Below, in pieces: positions 58,294 to 64,000 of a DNA stretch of 64,000 bases (position 1 is its first letter; each line of letters opens with the position of its first letter). The DNA lies in contig JAPMXV010000067.1 of assembly GCA_026936335.1 (NCBI GenBank), forward strand, positions 310,001 to 374,000. Direction: 5' to 3'. The notes under the pieces were generated by a model that searched no databases, had not been told where the DNA came from, and worked only from the letters and a program-made list of their open reading frames with translations. Origin of the DNA: Mantamonas sphyraenae STR306 (Eukaryota > Protista > CRuMs). Both the position numbers and the translations under genes were made by a program.

Positions 58294-61200
58294 TCACAGA
58301 CCACGGAGGAGTTCACGGATGTCTTCGCTGGCAACAGAGGAGCTGCCGAGGTCGTCGCTGTCTAGGAGATCGCTGAGCGCGACGCTGGCTGCATCGTCAT
58401 CCAGAAGGGCATCGTCGAGGACATCGCCACCGTCGTAGCTCGAAGTGGTGCCAGTGGCTTGGAACCCAGCCATTTGCAGGCGGACAGAGCTGGGCGGGCG
58501 AGTGGAGACGCCGAGGATGTGCTTGCGTTCGACGTTGTCCGACTCGTTCATGGTGGTGCGCAGACGGCGAGCAATGTGCTGGCGTGGATCGTCCCCAGGC
58601 TCCAGGGGAGAGTGCTTGTGTGTGGCAACACTTGCTTCGAGCTCGGCATGGAGCTGGGCGAGCTGTTCCTGCTCTTGCTTGCTCCATTCCTGGACTTCGC
58701 GCGTGTAGTTGGTGCCGTCCTCGAGATGGTACTTCATCACTTCTTCCATGTTGCGCATGGAGCGCGGGTTGTGCATGGTGTACTTGATGGGCATCTTGCG
58801 CGAGGCAGGCGAGGAGGACGTGATGTCATTTGTGCGGTCGCCAAGCACACGCTGCTCCCTCTGGCGTCGCCGCTCCTTCTGCTCTGACTCGAACTGTTCT
58901 TGGATGCGCTTCATGTGTGCTTCATAGCGCCTGGCTGTGGCCGAAACCGCCTCTTGGGGCGTACGCGGCTCGTCGGAGGGTCCCTCGCGGCGTCGAAGCA
59001 CATCTGCGTAGAGGCGATCAATGGCCTGCTGGCGCTGCGCCTCTGACATTCGCTTGCGATTCGACTGTTCCCACGACACGCTACCGGATTGCAAGGGGAG
59101 GGCACCGCGCGACGAGCTGCCCTGCGCGGCTGCGGATCGGTCGAGGGAGTTCAGTCGTCGCAGCACCTCTGCCTGGTCACCGCTTTCGTCCAGATTGGAC
59201 AGAGTGCGAGTGGTGATGTCGTCCTGGTCAAGCTGACCTGCAGCGTTGGCCAGGGCATCGACACGCTCCAGCAGGGTCTCCAGCTTGTTTTTGTGCACCT
59301 CTTCGTGATGTTCGGTGTGGATGTGTGTGAGCGAGTCCAGGGCGCCGAGATCCTGCTCGAGGTCGGTGCCCATGGACTCTGCGGTGCGCTGGATCTCGGC
59401 CAGCTTGTCGGTGATGGACTGGAGACGGTCGCCGAGTTGTCGCTCTCGCTTTTCCTGCGCGGTACCCGGGCGAAGATGGGCATCAATGTCCATTTGATGC
59501 ATGTTTCGACGCACGGCATCGTTGACACGGTCCTCTTGTGCGCGCTGGCGCTCGAGCTGGCGCTCCTTCTCTGCATGCTCGTTTTCCAACTCGCGAAAGG
59601 CATCGAGGATGCGATCTCCGTAGTGGCTCATGCCAGGAATGTGAAGCTCCTGGCTTTGCTGAGCTCCACCTTGTGCACCCTGCTGAGGACTGGGTAGGGG
59701 CTGGTCGCCGTCTTCTGGAACGAGGGAGCCGTCGAGCTCAGCCACAGCAAGAAACGAACTGCCTGGGCTTCCGCCCTGTTGCTGCAAGGCCAGCATAAGA
59801 TCAGACGGAAGCGTGGGCATGAGGTGTTCTGTGATTTGCTGCGCAGCTGCAAGGAGCTCCTGCGTGCCCTTGTACATGTCAGCACGGTCTGCGGGCTGCT
59901 CCGTAGCCGTCTGACGTTGCGGCTCGGGCTGTGTCGGCTCGTTGAGCTTTGGCAGTGGCTGCTGTGCATCCTGAAGTGAAGCATCACTGGTGGTGGTGGA
60001 GGGGCGTGGCGTGGATCGTGCAGCATCTGCCTCTCTGTCACGCCTGCGCTGCTCGGCTGCGTTTTCGTTGTCAGATGAGTTCATGGTACCACGCAGAATG
60101 GTGTCGTACAGCTTTTGGGTGACATCGTCGCGGTTTCCTAGGTTCTCTTCGATCTTGGCCTGCAGCTTTTGCTTCTCAGCCTCAATCTCTGAGATCTGCT
60201 TGTTGCGTTCGGAGATGCGCTTTTCCACCTCGCCGTCCTCGTCAGAGGGAGCCTCATCGTGCTCAGCGGACTTCTCTTCTGGTTCTTCTGGTTCCTCTGG
60301 TTCTTCTTCCTCTTCTTGCGGTGCGGTCTCATTGGCATTGTCGGTTTGAGGAGATGCGGCGAGTTCGTTGTCGGTGGTCGCGTCGGAATGTGAGTCCTCT
60401 TGCTCCTGGGATAGCTCGAGGACGGGCTGTGGCGCACGTGCGGGTACAAGTGCTCCACTCTGGAGCAGTTGCACAATCTGGGCCTGCATCTGCATCATTT
60501 CCGTTTGCTGCTTGCGGAGCAGGGCAAGCTCTGTGGACTCCCGCTCACGGCGTTCTGCGTCCATGTTGTCCTTTGCACGCGGCAGCTTGATAAGCTGCAC
60601 CGATGGCAGTCCATACATCTGCTGAGCCATCTTTGCTCGCGAGCTGCTTGTGGCTACACGTGAAACGCCTCCAGGGGCACCTGAAGGACCGGTGGACAGC
60701 GAGAGCAGCTTGGGGCGGCCTGGTTGCGCTCCCATACGGCCCGTGGATGCAGCTGCGCGTCGAACCATGTTTGGTGGTACATACATCGCCGGCTGAGGAT
60801 TTGCCTGAGGATGAATGGGCATGCTTGCGCCCAGGTAACGGGGGTCGATGGGCGGCAAATGCACGCCCTCCTGCTGGGTGTTTGCCTGAGCCTGGGCGTG
60901 CTCCAGCATGCGTTGCTGCAGCTCATGTTGGCGTTGCACAGCCTCCATCAAACTGGGGGTAGTCTGGGCCCCTGCGGACTGGATGGTGATCGGCGCTTTC
61001 CCTTTGCTGTCAGCAGGGGTCTGCGGCGTTTCGGTGGACTGATGCTTGGGAGTGATGGCTGTCCAGGCATCGCGGCGCTGTGGCGAAGAGGTGTCTGTGT
61101 GCGGATGCATGGGCGAGGTGGCTGTGTTGACGCTGAGAAGGTGCGGCTTGTCCTTCTTTGCCCGCTCGTGTTGGTATTGGTGAAGGCGCTCCTGTGCGGC

Positions 61201-63999
61201 GGCGTACTGCATGACCAGCAGCTGTTCGTTGAGGTCCTTGGGCCGGTGGTTGCTGAGTGCTGAGGAGCTGGAGCTGGAGGAGGACTCGTAGTAGCGATGG
61301 CCGGCGGGCGTGGACGCAGCTCCGCTGGCCATCATCGGGTCCGAGACTGCGCCGGACGAGCTGGAGATGGTCAAATCGCTGATGGAAGAATGCTCTGGCG
61401 TCTCTTCAAGCTCCGGGATGTTTGTATGTGTTCCGTCTTGGCTTTGCGGCGTCTTGGTGGGGGTCTCGAGCACGAGGACCTCCTCCACCTCGTCATCCTC
61501 CAGCTCGGGCTGTTCAGGCGAGGGGTCCACACGATGTGCAGCCACAATCTCTGTGTCTTCCCAGGGAATCTCTTCCATGCCGTCGTCTTCGTCCTCAGGT
61601 TCGAGGGAGGGCGGAGCTTCTTGGGGTAGCGATGGGGCAGGCTGCGGCTCTGGGCTGATGGGCTCCAGATCTGCAGGCTGGACCATGACTACAGCTCCTT
61701 GCTCGTCGTCTTTTGCGTCGTGTTGTGAGTCATCGTGCGGAGACACCGGGCTCTGGATGCGAACAACCTCGTAGACCACCTTGGGCTGGGACGACGTGGA
61801 CTTGGACGGAGTGGCCGAGTCCGCCGGCGAGTCCGAAGGATCGAGTGCGTCATCGCTGACGCTGACGCTGAGGGCGACGGCAGGCGACTTGCCACCGGAG
61901 CGGCGCGTCATGCTGTGTTCCATGCTGTTGCGCAGTGGGCTGGGACTGCCCACGGGGCTGCCACTGCTGTGTGGAGAGTCGCGTGCGTTGGGTGAACGCA
62001 GCACAGTGCGCGTGCTCTCGGAGATGGTGTCCAGAGAACGGTTGCGACGATGCCCTTTCGTTTTGCCGGCGGCTTTTTCACGGCGCACATCCATCGAACG
62101 CGAAAGAAGAGGCATGCTGCCGCGCTTGTGCATGTTTTGAAGCTGTGTCGGGGTGCTGGGAGATAGAGGAAGCGACGATGACTCGTGCCAACTGACACTT
62201 TGGGTAACTGTGCGGACATCTGACGCGCTCGAGGCCATTGCGCCTCCCTGTGCGTCCTCTGCTTCATCCCCGTCCCAATCGCGGTCCAACTGAAAGCCAG
62301 CCGCCTCCATGGGGTCGAGGGGCTTGCGTGGGCTGACAGGAGCGCTATGTGTCGAGGTGATGGAGCGGTTCGCGTTGTTGTTCTTCTCGTCGAGGAAGCG
62401 GGTTTCGTCCATGGAGATGTTGCTGGAGGTGACGCGGTTGACAAAGGACTGCCGAAGGAAAGATTGGGAGGTGGAGGATGTGGCAGCGCTGCGGCTTGCG
62501 CCGGCAAAGTTGTTGCTGGACACACGACGCTGGATGACTGGCCTGCTGAAAATGCTGAGCTTCTCACGCAGATGCGCGAGGCTCTGTCGAACGCCCGTGT
62601 ACGTGTCTGTGTGTGCGCTCGTGATGTCTGTGGTGCGCAGGAGATGGAACATGGCGGTGGCAAAGGCCTGAAAGTCGGGGTCGAACTCAAACTCCCAGTG
62701 GACGGCCGGGCGTGCACCCAGCAGGCGGTCTGCTTCGTAGACGTCGGCAACGGTAAGAAACTCTTCCGAGCTGAACATGGTGTTTGTGTCGACTTCGACC
62801 GGCCGGAGAACGGCGGGCAAGTCACCCGGGAGCTGGCTCTGCAGTTCTTGCAGTTGGCGGCTGACCAGTTTGGACGGAATGACGGACGGGTGCACGTGTC
62901 CACACAGGGTGTCGTACATGGCCTGCACATCGTTGAGCTCCGAGGTGGAGGAGATGGCGACCTGGTGGAGCAGCTTGGACGGCGTAAAGTCGCCAAAGGG
63001 AACCAGCTTGACGGCCCAGGAAGCAATCTTTTGCTGTCTGAGGATGCCATCCTGAGGATCGATGCGGCTGTTGGGGTGGGACAGCTTTTCGCGTGTGCTG
63101 TAGCTGACCATGTCGCGGATATGCATGTACCAGAGGACCCGGAGGAGGACACGCAACGCAGCAAGCATGCGAGGCTGGACAGCGCCGGAGGTGCGGGTGG
63201 ATGAGGATGAGGATGAAGAGGAGGAGGAGGAAGCAGTGGCGGATGACTTTCCGAGTGCCAGGTGGTCACCAGAGATGTGGTCACGAGCGATCTGGTTTTT
63301 GTGTGCGAGCGTGTCCTCGTAGCTTGCGACACAGCTTGCGATCTGCGGTTTGATGATGAAAAGGATCTTGTTGATCACGTGGCGTATGGTATTGCGGGCA
63401 AGGAGTTCCGCGGAGGTCTGGGAGGTGCCTGTGCCAAGGCCGTCTTCGGAGAGGATGTCGCTGTCCTGGGAGGCGAGGCTGAACTGATCGTCGGAGAGAG
63501 GGGCGTTCGAGGCGGAGGCAGAGGAGGAAGAGGAAGAGGAGTTGATGTTTTGGTGGAGGATGGCACCTGCGTCTTCGATCACTTGGTACTCTGTGGCGCT
63601 GAGATCTGTCGCGTCGCTGAGGACCGAGTCTGTGTCGAGCGAGAGGAGAGAATGGTAGGAACGAGCCATGACCGCAATGGTGCGTTCGATGGTGGAGGAG
63701 TCGAGAGAGGCCATCTGGAGGGTGGACTGGTCGAGGAGGGGCGTCTGTGTGGGCAGAGCAAAGTCCGCGGGCACCTGGAGTGGCATGGCGCGGACGAGGC
63801 GGATGAGCTGTTGGAGGTGGTGGAGGACGGAGGTGCGGCGAAATTGAAAGGCGAGGTGGCGCATGTTTGCGTCTTCAGCCATGGCAATGACGCCAATCAT
63901 GTCGCGAAAGTTGTCGCCAATGAGTGCCGAGTTGAGCTTGGCCTGGAGGATCTGCTGGGGTTGACGCATGTGCTGGTCAAAGTCGGCGATGAAGGAAGG
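58294..63999 (-). CDS. CPLANE1: CPLANE1/JBTS17 (C5orf42)-like protein, 5'-truncated
   Basis: Motifs recalled from CPLANE1, in the same order: LWYMHIRDMVSYSTR, WAVKLVPF.DF...L.QVAIS..SEL, WEFEFD.DF, FLAVAELD and LQSITDKLAEIQRTAESM..D. The frame is open to the window edge. Confidence 0.7.
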   Translation of the reverse strand, partial: PSFIADFDQHMRQPQQILQAKLNSALIGDNFRDMIGVIAMAEDANMRHLAFQFRRTSVLHHLQQLIRLVRAMPLQVPADFALPTQTPLLDQSTLQMASLDSSTIERTIAVMARSYHSLLSLDTDSVLSDATDLSATEYQVIEDAGAILHQNINSSSSSSSASASNAPLSDDQFSLASQDSDILSEDGLGTGTSQTSAELLARNTIRHVINKILFIIKPQIASCVASYEDTLAHKNQIARDHISGDHLALGKSSATASSSSSSSSSSSTRTSGAVQPRMLAALRVLLRVLWYMHIRDMVSYSTREKLSHPNSRIDPQDGILRQQKIASWAVKLVPFGDFTPSKLLHQVAISSTSELNDVQAMYDTLCGHVHPSVIPSKLVSRQLQELQSQLPGDLPAVLRPVEVDTNTMFSSEEFLTVADVYEADRLLGARPAVHWEFEFDPDFQAFATAMFHLLRTTDITSAHTDTYTGVRQSLAHLREKLSIFSRPVIQRRVSSNNFAGASRSAATSSTSQSFLRQSFVNRVTSSNISMDETRFLDEKNNNANRSITSTHSAPVSPRKPLDPMEAAGFQLDRDWDGDEAEDAQGGAMASSASDVRTVTQSVSWHESSSLPLSPSTPTQLQNMHKRGSMPLLSRSMDVRREKAAGKTKGHRRNRSLDTISESTRTVLRSPNARDSPHSSGSPVGSPSPLRNSMEHSMTRRSGGKSPAVALSVSVSDDALDPSDSPADSATPSKSTSSQPKVVYEVVRIQSPVSPHDDSQHDAKDDEQGAVVMVQPADLEPISPEPQPAPSLPQEAPPSLEPEDEDDGMEEIPWEDTEIVAAHRVDPSPEQPELEDDEVEEVLVLETPTKTPQSQDGTHTNIPELEETPEHSSISDLTISSSSGAVSDPMMASGAASTPAGHRYYESSSSSSSSALSNHRPKDLNEQLLVMQYAAAQERLHQYQHERAKKDKPHLLSVNTATSPMHPHTDTSSPQRRDAWTAITPKHQSTETPQTPADSKGKAPITIQSAGAQTTPSLMEAVQRQHELQQRMLEHAQAQANTQQEGVHLPPIDPRYLGASMPIHPQANPQPAMYVPPNMVRRAAASTGRMGAQPGRPKLLSLSTGPSGAPGGVSRVATSSSRAKMAQQMYGLPSVQLIKLPRAKDNMDAERRERESTELALLRKQQTEMMQMQAQIVQLLQSGALVPARAPQPVLELSQEQEDSHSDATTDNELAASPQTDNANETAPQEEEEEPEEPEEPEEKSAEHDEAPSDEDGEVEKRISERNKQISEIEAEKQKLQAKIEENLGNRDDVTQKLYDTILRGTMNSSDNENAAEQRRRDREADAARSTPRPSTTTSDASLQDAQQPLPKLNEPTQPEPQRQTATEQPADRADMYKGTQELLAAAQQITEHLMPTLPSDLMLALQQQGGSPGSSFLAVAELDGSLVPEDGDQPLPSPQQGAQGGAQQSQELHIPGMSHYGDRILDAFRELENEHAEKERQLERQRAQEDRVNDAVRRNMHQMDIDAHLRPGTAQEKRERQLGDRLQSITDKLAEIQRTAESMGTDLEQDLGALDSLTHIHTEHHEEVHKNKLETLLERVDALANAAGQLDQDDITTRTLSNLDESGDQAEVLRRLNSLDRSAAAQGSSSRGALPLQSGSVSWEQSNRKRMSEAQRQQAIDRLYADVLRRREGPSDEPRTPQEAVSATARRYEAHMKRIQEQFESEQKERRRQREQRVLGDRTNDITSSSPASRKMPIKYTMHNPRSMRNMEEVMKYHLEDGTNYTREVQEWSKQEQEQLAQLHAELEASVATHKHSPLEPGDDPRQHIARRLRTTMNESDNVERKHILGVSTRPPSSVRLQMAGFQATGTTSSYDGGDVLDDALLDDDAASVALSDLLDSDDLGSSSVASEDIRELLRGL

Positions 64000-64000
64000 C

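Overview
This is a very gene-dense, GC-rich eukaryotic nuclear segment. I can model about 26 protein-coding genes, two of them truncated by the window edges, with about 34 short GT-AG spliceosomal introns (CTGAC/CTAAC/CTCAC-type branch points). Many intergenic gaps are only 18-110 bp. Housekeeping genes: acylphosphatase, SHMT, ZNHIT1, HUS1, eIF2B-epsilon, ELF1, COX14-like, DYRK1, SLC12A9, SLC35F, a P4-ATPase, BDP1 and LTA4H. The gene content points to a free-living flagellated protist that retains many 'animal-type' systems: a CatSper-beta channel auxiliary subunit, HPS3 (BLOC-2), CENP-W, CPLANE1/JBTS17, CEP120 and IQCB1/NPHP5, alongside a plant-type DIVARICATA-like MYB. Highlights: (1) a full-length CatSper-beta-like gene with an extra N-terminal PKD-like domain and a perfect RFX X-box palindrome in its 81-bp promoter; (2) a contiguous run of microtubule/basal-body/cilium genes from 42.4 kb to the end, including a dually acylated kinesin-14 with WW-like repeats; (3) divergent ZNHIT1 and SHMT start codons that may share one CATG; (4) five single-base frame breaks at short G/C runs, probably assembly errors. 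I recognised no rRNA, tRNA, transposon or CRISPR features. All homology calls come from motif recognition by eye, not from database searches. Exon boundaries are my manual models.
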